From Klebsormidium nitens (lineage: Eukaryota > Plantae > Klebsormidiophyceae): a stretch of 64,000 bases of DNA. The DNA lies in NCBI GenBank assembly GCA_000708835.1, contig DF237413.1:10927-74926 (forward strand), written 5' to 3'. Shown piece after piece: positions 33,883 through 46,498 of this stretch. The stretch's first letter is position 1; each line of letters opens with the position of its first letter. The notes under the pieces are model-generated. The model had not been told where the DNA came from, searched no databases, and saw only the letters and a program-made list of their open reading frames with translations. The translations under genes were made by a program, and so were the position numbers.

Positions 33883-36800
33883 ATGAGTCTTCTCGGGCAT
33901 GCAGCGCCTCTCTCGAGGCGGTTCTTGCAGGGGCGCACCACTTTCTTTGGTGAACTCGCTTCTTCTTGCGGCTTGTCCAGAACCGCTAGGGTCTTTAATT
34001 CGTCTGCCCAAGTGCTTCCCGACTTTCTCTTCGAGCCGCGCCCGAAGAACGATCTTTGTAGCTTTACAGCTGTCACTACGAGCTCCATCTCTACTTCGCC
34101 CAGAAGCCCCACAGCCCGCCAGTCTGGTTCGCCGCTCCTCCATGCACTCAACAGAGCGCGCGCGTTCTCAGGGGAGCCCTACCAGCCCGCTCTGCGACAT
34201 AAGCGCCGGGAGCATGACGTCTTCGATGACGTGGGCGTCGAGATGGCCGTCGATTTTCACGAGCTGCAGGCGTTCCGGATCTTCCCGGACGTTCTGGACG
34301 AGTTCCAGCCAATGGCGGAGCTCCACGTGGAGTACGGGGAGCACAGGAAGGTGAGGCACGGGGCGGTGCTGACGCCGGAGTGGACGCAGGAACCGCCGAA
34401 GGTGAGACGGCATGCAGATTGGCAATTGCGTGTGGGCCCTGCAACAGTTCTCATCCCTGTACAGCGGAAACGGGAGTACCTGGGGCAAAAGAAGTTCTTT
34501 GATAGAAAAGAGTGCCGCGGCCTCTTCCGCAAACAATGACACAATCAAAATTCTGAAAACCTAAAACCCAAAAACCAGAACAGCGAACCAAACTTGCTGC
34601 GTCTTAGGAACTATCAAGGTTTGAGAAAGCGAGTGTCGATGAGGTTCAAGGCGTTGGATTCTCCCGTGACCTTTAGATGACAAATCTAGATGCTTCATCA
34701 ATCTGCAGCCCTTGAACCGAACCGGATACTGCGTCTGCCATTGCCAAGACCAGGCGCTTTTCCCTTTTTCGCCAACGTGGGCGCTCGACTTAGCGGGTTG
34801 CACATGTCAGATAGGCACTATGAGTTTTTGCACGCAATCTCATCACTACTTCACCGCTCGACTGGCTCCTCTCGGCTGTGATCAACGCATTGCGGTCGAA
34901 AGGCTCCCTAACGGAAAATCAGGACCGGTAGTGCCAGTGCTGAGGCCGATCTGAGAGGACAGAGCAGCGTATGTGCTGCAAGGGTGTGCGTATTAAAACC
35001 AATCGTGGGATTTGTCCTGTAGTGTCAACCTTTATAAGTGCCGCGGCTTCTCATGACTCTGACTTTTTTCTGGATGCACGGCAAAAAGACCTCATCGAAG
35101 CTTGTGATCTGAGGTCTGCTGTCCTTCGATGTTAGGACTTGCCGGGACTAGGCGGTGCAATGTTTTCTGTTCTTATCACGTTCTGGCAACAGCCTCGTGC
35201 GTTTTAGGCTTATACAACTTTCTTTTACTTCTCGAGCATATTCATACGTTCTGTTGTAGATACCCGTTTGATCGTATTACTACTGTATCTGGATTCTGAA
35301 CTGGAGTAAAACCCAAGCGACGCAACAATCTAGGCTCTTCAGCGCGGGCTTCAAAGACGAACTGGCAATGTAATGATGGATCGAATTCTGATCCTTTCAT
35401 ATTGCCAAAGCTTGACCGTACATGACACGGTGGTTATAACGCACCACAGAAGCGCCAATATTTCTTGGTTCTGATAATCTCCTGACGTCCATTTCTTCAG
35501 GTCAGAATCCCCGGCGGCCTCGACCCGGACGCCCGTTTCACGATGGTGATGACGAATCAAAAGCCGCTACTCTTAGAAACGGTTGTCTGGCATACTTGTA
35601 ACAGGTGGAGGTCCCCGGCGGCCTGGACCCGGACCCCCCGCGGCCTGAACCCGGAGGCTCGTTTCACGCTGGTGATGACGGATAAAAGACCGTCACTCTT
35701 CTAAACGATTGTCTGGCACAATAATTGAACAGGTGAAAGTCCCCGGCGGCCTGGACCCGGACGCCCGCTTCACGCTGGTGATGACGGACCCAGACGCCCC
35801 CAGCCCGGCGGAGCCGCGCTTCGCGGAGTTCTTACACTGGATGGTCGCCAACATCCCGGGGACCGCCGCCACCGACGGCAAGCGTAAGACGACCGAAATA
35901 CATTCTTTTCGTGGATTCCTTGATTGTGTCAAAAAATTTGCGGGATATCTTGCGTCCGCTTTCCGTACACCGTTGAAGAAGCTTGGGCGTTCTTCAACGG
36001 AAGATTGTTGCGTCAAGGACGGCAAGCGTGTGACGCCTTCTTTTCGTCTTCCAGGATATGGAAGTTTTGAAATCGCTTCAAGAGGTGTGCGAGAGAGTTG
36101 CAGAGAATCGGCAGAACCGTGTGGTTGAGAGGCGTCTTCAGACTCCGCGTCTTGCACCGTTGCGAAGGGTTTCGAGCTTCTGAGATCCTTATTGAGTGTT
36201 GCGTCCCGTGTTTTAGAGAAAGAACGGATCGTTTTATGCAGCGTTGAAAACAAGTGCAGGGTGCGGTAAGTTTCTGAGAGCCGCTTTCCTCGCTTTTCGA
36301 CCCATGATACAGATCCAGCTCATCATTTCTTGGCTATCTTACAATCGCACTGTCCAACTCAGACGTTTTCCTGTTTGCGCATTGGAACAGAACACTTATG
36401 AGCAGATCCCCTACTTGTCGCAAGTTATGAGGACGTCTGAGCCCCGTGCTTCATTCTTCGACGCCCCAAAGAAGTTCGATTGCTACTGGGAAAGTAATCG
36501 TGCAGAGCCGATTGCGGAAGTCAGCTGGGAGTGCTCGTGAACCGACGTACGCCGGCGCACAAACAAAAGCTTTTGTAGTGGTTGTACAAGATTCGTTCAC
36601 AAAGTTCAACGGCCCGTCCAAACGGCTTGATGAACAAAGCTTGCCTCGGGCTGCATTGAGGGTGCGATATCAGAGTCGTCTCCTCTTTGCCCGCAGCTGG
36701 CCGTCATCCGCCGCCGGACCTGGGCGGCAGCTACGTGTACGACCGTCCGCCTCTTTGGGTCATCGAGAAGCGCCTCTGGCAGGGTGAGAGCGGGGCAAAC

Positions 36801-38280
36801 CAGTGACGCTGGTCTGAATCTTGCGGCACTCTTCAAGGCTGCGCGCGCAATTCTCTGTCATCGAGGCGGGCGAAGAACATTGCGAGCAATGGTGCGCCTC
36901 GAGTTAACAGTACGGCTGGCTTCAGTGTGAGAAACACACCGTGTCCAACTTGTGACGGTCAAAAGCGCCTCAAAGATCTGCTAGCGCAGGCAGACGCCCC
37001 CTTCTAGCTCGCAAACTTCAGCTTCATGTCTCTTATCTTGAGAAGTGTCATCTCGACACGTTCTTTGCAGTATGCACACGGTCAGGCCCGGCCCAAGAAA
37101 CGCAGACTGAGACAGCGACTCCGCGCCTGGTCCTCTGTTGTTCAAATGTCAGGTGCTCTTCTTTGGTCGAATTGGATTGCCCGCTTCAGCTAGCTTCCAG
37201 GTCTGGCTTAAAGTGAGCGCCAACGAGTCCACACTTGCTGAACAGAAAGGTGGTACTGATTATTGACAGGAGGAAAGACGTTCCAACGCGGTTGATCCCA
37301 TCCTCTTCTGCAATACTCGGATGTTCAGATGGGACTGGCGAATTACACGTATCTTCTCGGAAACGAACGGGAAAGGTACCGAATTTCGTCTATTGGCAAT
37401 AACGTTTCTACGAGCTGGATGTCTTCGGTGCCAATCCTGATGCTTCGGACGAGCGATCTGCAGGCTCAACTCCTTCAATGGATGCACCCAAGCAAACCTG
37501 ACCAGCGATACCTCCAAGCTTGAAGTAAAGATTGACCCTTCACTTTCTAGATTGGTTTTGGAGAGTCTGCTCTTGAGACTCCGGTTGAAACTCCTGTACT
37601 CATCTGATACTGGGGTTGCTCCCTGTGCAGACATCTCGAGAAGCGGCGACGTCCTGGTGCCGTACATGGGCCCCGCCCCTCCGACCGGACTGCACCGCTA
37701 CGTCTTCGTCCTCTTCCGGCAGCCACGCAAGGTGCGTCAGCATGACCCTGAAGGGGTTTGAGCAGGGTTTAGCGCCGGTGCTTAGTGCGATGGGCGAGCG
37801 AGCGCGGGCGCCTGCTCGTTTCGCGTCACGGAACCACGTCGATGCAGGGCGAAATTGGATCCCGAACAAAAAGCATTGGGCTTTAATTTCAGTCTCTGAA
37901 GGCGCCGCAAAATCCACCCTAGAGGGTTGACGAAGGTTGCAAGCTCTGGAACGTGACTTTTGCGAGCTCTGCGTGGAGAATGGAAGGCAGTCGTTTTGCC
38001 TCTTTCTATCAGGTGAATCGAGCCGTCTTTTCTCCCACACAATAAACCACAAATTCCTGGCTCCCAACATTACTTCCAATTCTCTGTGGCATTCGTATCA
38101 TGACCACGTTCTCGAGCAATTCTGCTCACGAACTTGCTCCCTCTAACACCGCAGCTGCCCCGCGAGCACGTGGCCCCCCTGCAGCGGCCTAAGTTTCGGA
38201 CGCGCCACTTCGCAGAGCGGTATGGCCTCGTGCCCATCGGTGCGACCTTCTTCTCAGCGGAGAAAGGACGGAGGGCCTAG
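33883..38280 (+). CDS. PEBP-2: tandem paralogue of PEBP-1 with a 120-aa N-terminal extension and a probable extra 87-nt exon
   Basis: Exons 33883-34401, 35733-35883, (36697-36783), 37631-37731, 38155-38280. The 151/101/126-nt exon sizes equal those of PEBP-1. Motifs [32 protein letters not shown]. Confidence 0.93.
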
Positions 38281-39299
38281 GCCGCAGCGCAGGACTAGCT
38301 GAGGTTACGGTGGGGGATCCCTCATGTAGGTTGTGAATAGCCAACAACCCTCATGACTTGAGACGAGCTGGTGGTAAAACTGACAGTGGTAGGCGAAAGA
38401 GAAGCAAGGTCGATAGAAGTACATGTAGGAGCTCCGCAAGCATACCTGTAGTGCTCGTAGGCAGACCTGCCCTATACTTGTGTATGATCTCATGATAGTA
38501 TAGACGAATTGAATGACGTAGCGTACGGGCAATTGATCATCATTCGGATGCCAGATGGCATGTTGGCAAATGTACGCAATTCGATCATTGGCCCGGACGT
38601 GGCGCGGCCGCGATCGATCAAGCATCATGGGCGGTTTAATTAACCATGCATGGCATTGATGCGCGCACCTACTTGTCAATACCGCGCCGCCATATCCTGG
38701 TCATTGTCGCGTGAAGTAGCCTGCACGCGGGCGGCTTTATCATGGGCACGCAGGCGCGGCCATGCTTATACTGATTTGTACATAGAGCCATCGGCATGCG
38801 CCTGTTAAATTGTAGACCCGACCCGTCGGCCATGCACGTACCGGCCCTCACTCGAAACTGCGCGATCGGATGCATGCCGCGTGAGATCATGCTTATCGGA
38901 ACAGCTATAAGCGGCCTGCACTGCAAGGTACCAATGGCCAATTCGTACTCGCAGCGCTTCACATTTAATATGATTGCCTGATCGAATTGCGCCGTTGCTT
39001 CCAATGGGATGTAGCATATTCTGCAGCCGCAATGATATGCATGCAACGCGCAGGCCCCGGGCGATTCGAGGACATCCGCTTGAAAATGCGGTCGGATGCA
39101 CTCGTGAAGTACCCCACCATGATGAAGAAGTTGTGCGTATCCAGTATACAATTGTAAGCCGCCAGGCTCGGATGCGACAAAATCGTGTCCAGCCACCTAG
39201 ACATAATTAGTAACAAATTTCAGGCTTTATTCAACGCAGTTTAATGGTCTGCAAACGCAGAACGTCTATAGAAAGGTCGGAACCGTTTCGACGGAAAGC

Positions 39300-42200
39300 C
39301 TAGAGGCTCTTGAACAAGTCCTTTGCGGCAGCAATCGTGGCATCGACGTCCGCTTCCGTGTGCGCCAGCGACGTGAAGCCGGCCTCGTATTGTGAGGGCG
39401 CGAAGTAGTGTCCCCTCTCGAGCATGCCCCGGTGGAACTTGGCAAACTTTGCGGTGTCGCTCTTCTTGGCGTCCTGGAAGTTGTTGACCGGGCCCTTGCA
39501 GAAGAAGAAGCCGAACATGCCCGAAATGTGGCCCCCGCAAATGTCGTGACCCGCCTCCCGGGCCGCGTCCAGCAGCCCGTTGATCAACCGGCCCGTGATC
39601 CTGCAAAAGAAAGGAACGGTCGGTGATCAGGCAATTTTCGGAGTGATATGAAGTGGAGAACACTCGACGCAGTCGTTACTGAGAGGCTCTGTTTGATTCT
39701 GATTGCATCTCATCGGAGCCTTGGCCGGGTAGCGCTGCTTAGGCAACCAGACCAACTACCACAACGCCAAAATCTCAACCCCGCTTGAAGCTTGCCTTGG
39801 CAAGCAGGACAACGACCAGAACCGATTGCTGGCCCATGGACTCGAAAGACTGATCGCTTTTTCGAGGTCTGTCTGGCACACGCCCACGAGAACCACTACT
39901 CTTCCGCATTTGTCATCCCCACCTCACAGCAGCATACACCGGCAACATCAACCCCTACTCCCAATCCAAATATGCTGCTTGCTTTTCTTCAGGGCAGCTT
40001 CCGAACAACGACTCCTAACCCGTTCCTCGTCCTGCCTATTGGCCAGGTCGGCCTTCCTTGCCCCAGCCCCGCCTGAGCCTCACCTGTCTAGCTGCTCATA
40101 GCTGCCCGGCCGTTGCAACCGCTCGAGCGTCTTGATCCCCGAGATCATGGCGAGCGGGTTGCCGCTGAGCGTGCCCGCCTGGTACATGGGCCCCGCGGGC
40201 GCCACCATCTCCATGATCTCCCGCCGCCCGCCGTACGCGCCCACCGGCAGCCCGCCGCCGATGACCTTGCCCATCGTCGTCAGGTCGGGGGTGATGCCGA
40301 AGTGCTCCTGCGGAAAACAAGGGGAACGTCGCTGTGAGACGCGTCTTTTGAAACCTAGGAGAAAGACACGAGAGTGGCTTGAGAATATTGTTATTGGTTT
40401 TGTTAGTGAGGTGGGTCGCCCAGGTCGGACGCCATGCTGAGAGGCTGACGGTTACCGCGGCTTTCCGCCGCCGGAGTGGATGCGTTGGACTGCAAACCAA
40501 ATGTGTTTTTTGCCATCCTCGGTGTCATACTAGCCAGCGCGCGGTGCCTGTTTCCGGCAGACATCCTGATGCGCAGGGCTCGCAACGTTTCTCGTGACGT
40601 GCTTTCATGATTGGATGCGACCACTTGTCCTCAAGATTCCCAGCGTCAAAGAGCCAGCACGAACCTCCACTATCCTGATGCCAGCTCAGTCCTGGTCTTG
40701 CGAAAAGGAGAACCCCACGAAACAATGTGATATGTGCTCTGTCGAGACCAGAGTGCTCGAAGGTAGGTGCCACCCGTAACTGCTTGTTTCCTGAAAACTG
40801 CTACCTTAGGAAACGCAACAAAGCAGATTGCAGCGAAAATCGCAACCCATTCCAACTTGCGGTTCGGCTTGTGGGCACCAGTTACGGCCCCCCTACACCA
40901 ACTCCGAGTGGAATTTTTGATTCCGCACCGCTAGCGCGTAAAAGCTGTTTCGGCGTCACCTCCCCGAGGGCGTGCTGACTAGTTGCGCATCCCTGAGCTT
41001 GCGGCCCTCACCTGCGCCCCCCCGTAGGCTATCCTGAAGCCGGTCATGACCTCGTCGAACACGAGCAGCGCGCCGTCCTCCTTCGTCAGCTCCCGCAGCC
41101 CCTCCAGGAACTCCTTGTCCGGGATGATGAACCCTGCAACACATTATTGGCGTGAGAGGGCGGAGAAATACACCCTGCAACTTATCCACATGAACCGCCA
41201 CAGCGAGCGGAGATTTTCCGAGAGCTCTGACGGCAACATAAAATTGTCCGCTCAAGAAGGCAGGAATGGCAGAAAAGGACTGCACAGCAACCGGACTCGG
41301 CCTTGAAGCTCGCCCAGCTACATGCTAACTACTTCTGTCTCAAACCTGGTTGCCTATGACAGTTCCGTCGACTGTCTCTTCCAAGCTCACAATCAGGAGT
41401 AAGCTATGGCAAACTCATTTAGAGGACAGTGTGTCTGATGGTTTCATGCTTGGCTTGACTGCTGATCCAGGAGGGCTAGGTGAACTTCTGAGAGTCAGGT
41501 TCGCTGATGTTGTGGCCAGTGCCTTACAACTGAGACAGCACCGACAATGATGTGTGCTTTCGTTGCCTCTAACCAGGGGATAAAGTCTGACAGGGTGAAG
41601 AGGGGGTAAAATCAGATAATGTCACGTCAAGCCTTCACACAATCAGACTACTCGTTGTCACCTGCCACCCCCTATCAGAACCTTGATTCAATCAGAACCT
41701 CAGCATAGGCTGGGAGCAGCGGAGCTGATTCCCCAGTCAGTCCTCCACGAGCGGACCCAGATCTTGTACGACTAGAGGCGCCCACCAACCAGTCGCCACA
41801 GGACCCTTCTAACCCCCACCACGGGCAAGTGCCTTGACCGCTCTATTCTGAGTTCCAGGCTCAGCAGAGCAGCCCAAAAAGTGTCTGGTCAGTGGACTCG
41901 ATAAGACAACTGTCTGCGGAACAGTCGCCTGATAATCCACAATTGAATCAGCCTAATAACAGTCTCGGGCAGAACATGGAACTTTGCGGGTGCGGTGCGT
42001 TCCTGACCTGAGTTGCCCACCACTGGCTCCAGCACCACCGCCGCGATCTCGCCCTTGTGCTGGCGGAAGATCTCGCGCACACTCTCCAGGTCGTTGTACT
42101 GTGCTACCAGCGTGGCTGCCGTTGCGGCCTTGGGCACACCGGGGGAGTCGGGCAGGCCCAAAGTGGCGACACCGCTGCCGGCTTGCACCAGGAACGAGTC

Positions 42201-45200
42201 TGCACAACACCAGGGCCAGGAACTTTGGAGCTGTCCAGGAAAGAAAGTAGTAAGAGAACTCGTAGTTGCAGGAAGAAGGTCAAGAGGGTAGGAGCCCTGT
42301 AAAAGCCTATGAGTGAACTGTGATCTCAGCCGCGTTGCGGAGGTTGACCCACTCATGGGCCAGCATAGACCAGCGACACGTTTCGCCTGATGCAATTGGC
42401 TTCCTGTTTGGGTTCTGGTGGACGCGCCTGGTGGCGATTCCAACGCTTAGTTGCCAAATCCTCATGAGACGATTCTTCCGTGCAAGTGCTCTACTCTGAG
42501 GTATAGAAGCAGCGGCCAGCACTGCTGGTCCAAGAAGCTTGTGTCATCAGAAGCGGAAGATCCAGACTTTTATGAGACTACCGAGGATGGCCTCCCTGAG
42601 CTTCCCTCTCGCAGCTTCGCTCAGTGATGATTAGCTGCCTTCATGCTGGCCTCTTCTGCTATTTGAAAAATTCACTTGCCCGACTTCTGACATTCGGATG
42701 CGGCCCACAGTAGGTGGTGATGTCAAGACCCTGAAGTTGGCCTGCTCCATTCACCGACAGCTAAGCGTGCGGTGCATATGTAGATTGTGTTCTGAAACAG
42801 TGTGAAAATTTGTCACAGGCTGACTAAGCTGCAGCCCTTGCCCACCTTACAATTACTGACCTCACCATCACTGACATCGTCACCACACAATTGACCTGGC
42901 AACCAGGACAAGCAGAGAAACTCTATTTGTACAATGATTCTCTCTGCAATCTGGGCAAGTCAGTGCAGAGCGGCTTGACTCATACCGTTGCACCAAGCAC
43001 ACGGGTTGTATTCGCTTCAATGCCTCGTGAAACTCTCAAACTGTGCTCAACGGAGTGTCATTCTCGTATTAGAAACCGTGGAGCTTGTGACTGACCTGCG
43101 TGGCCGTGGTAGCAGCCCTCGAACTTGAGGACCTTCTCGCGGTCGGTGAAGGCGCGTGCGAGGCGCAGCATGCCCATGCACGCCTCGGTGCCGCTGTTGA
43201 CAAAGCGCACCATCTCCACGCTGGGCACCGCGTCAATCACCATCTGCGCCAGCACGTTCTCCAGAGCGCACGGCGCACCAAAGCTGGTGCCCTTCTGCAG
43301 CTGCTCCGTCAGCGCAGCAATCACCTGGGCGGAAGGAAAAAAGGCTCAACGGCTTTAGTTTTTGGGCTGATTGAGCATCGGCTGTAGGAAAAGTTGCGAA
43401 AGGTGCGAAAAGTGGCTTTCTCTGATATTGCAAGAATTTGTAAGAAGTCGCACTGAACTTGGATAGAATTACATCATGGAGTGCAGATGAGGGAGGCGTG
43501 CAGCCAGCTGATGACAAAGTGCAGGTCGACCGAACAACAGTAAGTAAGAACTATATAGCCCCAAGATAGTTTTCTTCGCTTCTTGTGAGGAAAAGAGCAC
43601 AAGCCTTTTCTAGAAATTTTCAGAACTGCAGAGAGTCCTGTGGGTTTGGACACATTGTTCTGTGAAAAGCCCTGGCCTTGAAAAGTGGTGGTGTGGGTTC
43701 AAAGAGGGTTTACTTGGTTCTTAAGCTGGTTTGGATCCAAGCCAAACAGGCAGAGCGCCAGCAAAATTGAGGGAAGGGGTGAACTTTGTTGGAGCAAGTG
43801 CCAGCATTGTGTGCAGCATTGTGCCCAATGGAACCCCGAAAAATGTCCCCAAGCAAATATGTCCCTGACCCCGAGAACTTGGCAAAAAGATGTTTTCAAG
43901 CCAGGAGAGAATGATTGGTTACCCCTTGAGAATGGACAACCTCAATTACTAAGAAGTAAAAAGGAAGTGTTTCTTTGCAGAATCTCACTACAGTAACAAA
44001 TTAACATTGCTCTTTTCCAATTCTCCCAAACACGGAATTCAAATTGACTGGGCCCAAAGCGAACAAAGGCAGATCAGTCTGAGATTGGTGCATACTAAAA
44101 ACAAGCAAAGAAAAGAGGGGACTCAAAAATGTGATGCTGACTTTGTTCCGACAATTAGCAACAGCATCATAAACCCTAATGCTGACTCAGTGGCGCCGGC
44201 TCACAGCTTCTCACCTCGTCGTCTGCGTGGCCAATAATGGCCGGCCCCCAAGAGCCCACATAGTCCACGTACTCGTTGCCGTCCACGTCCCACGAGTGAG
44301 ACCCCTTGACACGGTCAAACACAATGGGCTGGCCCCCAACGGACTTGAACGCGCGCACCGGGGAGTTGACGCCACCGGGCAACAGCTCCTGAGATCAAAA
44401 GGACACAAGAGCAATGCTGAGCAGGATTTTTTCGCATGACAAGAGACCGTCAGAATTCTCCCAGCCATCGCTTATGGGCCTTGTGCATCATTAGAACCCC
44501 TTTAGAAAAGGAGCGGACAAGGGCAGCAATTTTGCTACCTTCTAGGCATCATAGAAATCGGGTTGCGGCACTTCGCACATCCAGTTGTTTGCACCTAAGA
44601 TTCCAGGGGGTCACAGGTAATGGTAGATGCAACCACACGACGCTGCTTCGAGATTCTCTGCCCAGGTAACCCTAACATGGTGCCGACAAGGGACGAGTCT
44701 GTGTCCCCTGTGTCTATGCAGGGCACCAATTGGCCCTGATTGCATTAACCTCGGAAAACATTTTGGGTCAGTCTAACGTTGGGATTGCACCTCAGTTTTG
44801 GCAAGTGTCAGGATACTATCACAACATCGAGCTTGTTACAAGCTGTGGTTCGCTCTCCTGCATTGGTGCCACAATCTAATGATGAGGTTGGCAGCTTGCC
44901 ATGTCAAAGTCAGACATTGCTAGCTGCTTACAGTTGGTAAACGAACCCGGGTGATTGGGCTAGCTTTACATTCTCAAACATCATGTCTGACGCCACTCGA
45001 TATTTCTCTGTTAATGCTGCCAAAGTAACTAACAAAAGCTCCCTGGAAATCAGCAAGACAGGTGTGTCCACATCACATCACCAATTGCTCCTGCTTTTCC
45101 TGTGAGACTTGTACCGCTACTTAAGCTTGGGAATTCACACCAAAACCCTTACGACTCGCACAGATTCCAGACGCCACTGCATTTCAAAGACGCCGTCCTC

Positions 45201-45485
45201 GAAATAATGCCAGAGATGCCTTGCCCCGGAAAAACATATGATTACCTTGGCGGCCTTGAAGATCTCATCCGACTTAGTGGTGCTGTAAACCTGCCTCTCT
45301 GTGGCCACCGCCATGGAGAACCTGCTGGCGCTTCTCTTTGAAACAAGTCCCTCAATGCTAGCAATTCTGCTGCTGCTTGTGGGGAGAGCGACAAACGGCT
45401 GCACGGTCGACTTCTGGGAGCACTGTGAGGCTCCAAGGAGAGAGGTGCTGGTGCAGCCACGCAGGGCGAGGGTGCTGGAGGCCAT
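39300..45485 (-). CDS. GSA: Glutamate-1-semialdehyde 2,1-aminomutase, plastid precursor (hemL/GSA)
   Basis: Seven exons: transit peptide [10 protein letters not shown]…; [19 protein letters not shown]…[16 protein letters not shown]; [11 protein letters not shown]…[10 protein letters not shown]; EPVVGNSG; [11 protein letters not shown]; [21 protein letters not shown] (PLP lysine); [15 protein letters not shown]…LFKSL*. Confidence 0.98.
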
Positions 45486-46498
45486 GCCGAGGGGCAAACT
45501 TGGTGCAGAGAAAAACAAAAACCCACTTCCCAGGAAAAGGCGATGATGTTGCTTTGCTTCCTCTTATCTGCGCCCTGTTGCTAAGAAGGGAACAAAGAAA
45601 TTTCTTCCAACTTCGAACCAACAATTTGCCGAAGGCTTCAGCAGGGACGACTCGGGCTTCTGATTCAAAGTTTGAGAGCGCTAGCTTTGGAAGCGCCTGC
45701 GATATCCAAATCTTGGACAGCCAATCAAAAGCCAGATTCCGTGCACTTTTGCTAAAGCATCGGACGGCGAAGCTGTCTCTCGAAGTAAAAGCAGTCGGCG
45801 ATCGAGGGCTTTGCAAGCTTAGTGACATCGTATCAGTGCTAACCGTCCGATGCAGGGCTCCCCTTACCCATGTTCACGTATGCACTGGGGGAATCATGCG
45901 TTCTAGAGCTATAGCTGATTGCTGCAACATGCATATACCCAGTGTATTGCCAGCGCATGATCGACTATAAGTATAGTGATCGACTTGATGTACTGTGTAG
46001 CTAGGCAAAAGTTCCGGACTTAAGTTGCACATGATCTTCTCACATGCACGCCACCTACTTCATGTTCCCGGCCGCGTGCGTGTTCCACAACTATATTTCA
46101 TTGTCAATCATATTAGCTCCCCGTTGCATGATGAATCATGTTAATAACATGCATACTGATATAAGTATCCAAGGCCTGGCGGCGTCCCCGTGTCGGACAA
46201 TTCGATTATGCGATGTACATCTGAAAAAATTGAACTTCATACGTTGGAGTGGTGATGCAAATCCCATCGTGCGAGTTGACTAAACTGCCCGGGCCTGCCA
46301 GCCTTGGCAGGGGATCTGAGATCCAAACATGTATGTTACAAACCTAGCTCTGGCTAGCTTGTTGCCATCCTGCCGCTTGTCATACGAGAGTATAACAGCG
46401 CCAGCTCCTATGATGCGCATCAATCAGCTACTAACGGGTTAACTAGCCAGCAGCAAAGGTTTGACTTACTAACGTAAATATTAAACTGTTTTAGAAGC

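Noticed and set aside
38300-39240. CATG/TGCA-rich spacer between the PEBP-2 and GSA stops as a transposon remnant
   Set aside because: I found no TIRs, LTRs, TSD or transposase/RT motifs. Similar composition occurs in other spacers of the window.
44162-44172. AAACCCTA inside a GSA intron
   Set aside because: It is not in a promoter position. It shows that the 8-mer occurs by chance, which is why the two telo-box calls have low confidence.
39300-45485. GSA as a functional member of the lipid cluster
   Set aside because: It is a housekeeping tetrapyrrole enzyme with ordinary structure, and nothing beyond adjacency links it to its neighbours.
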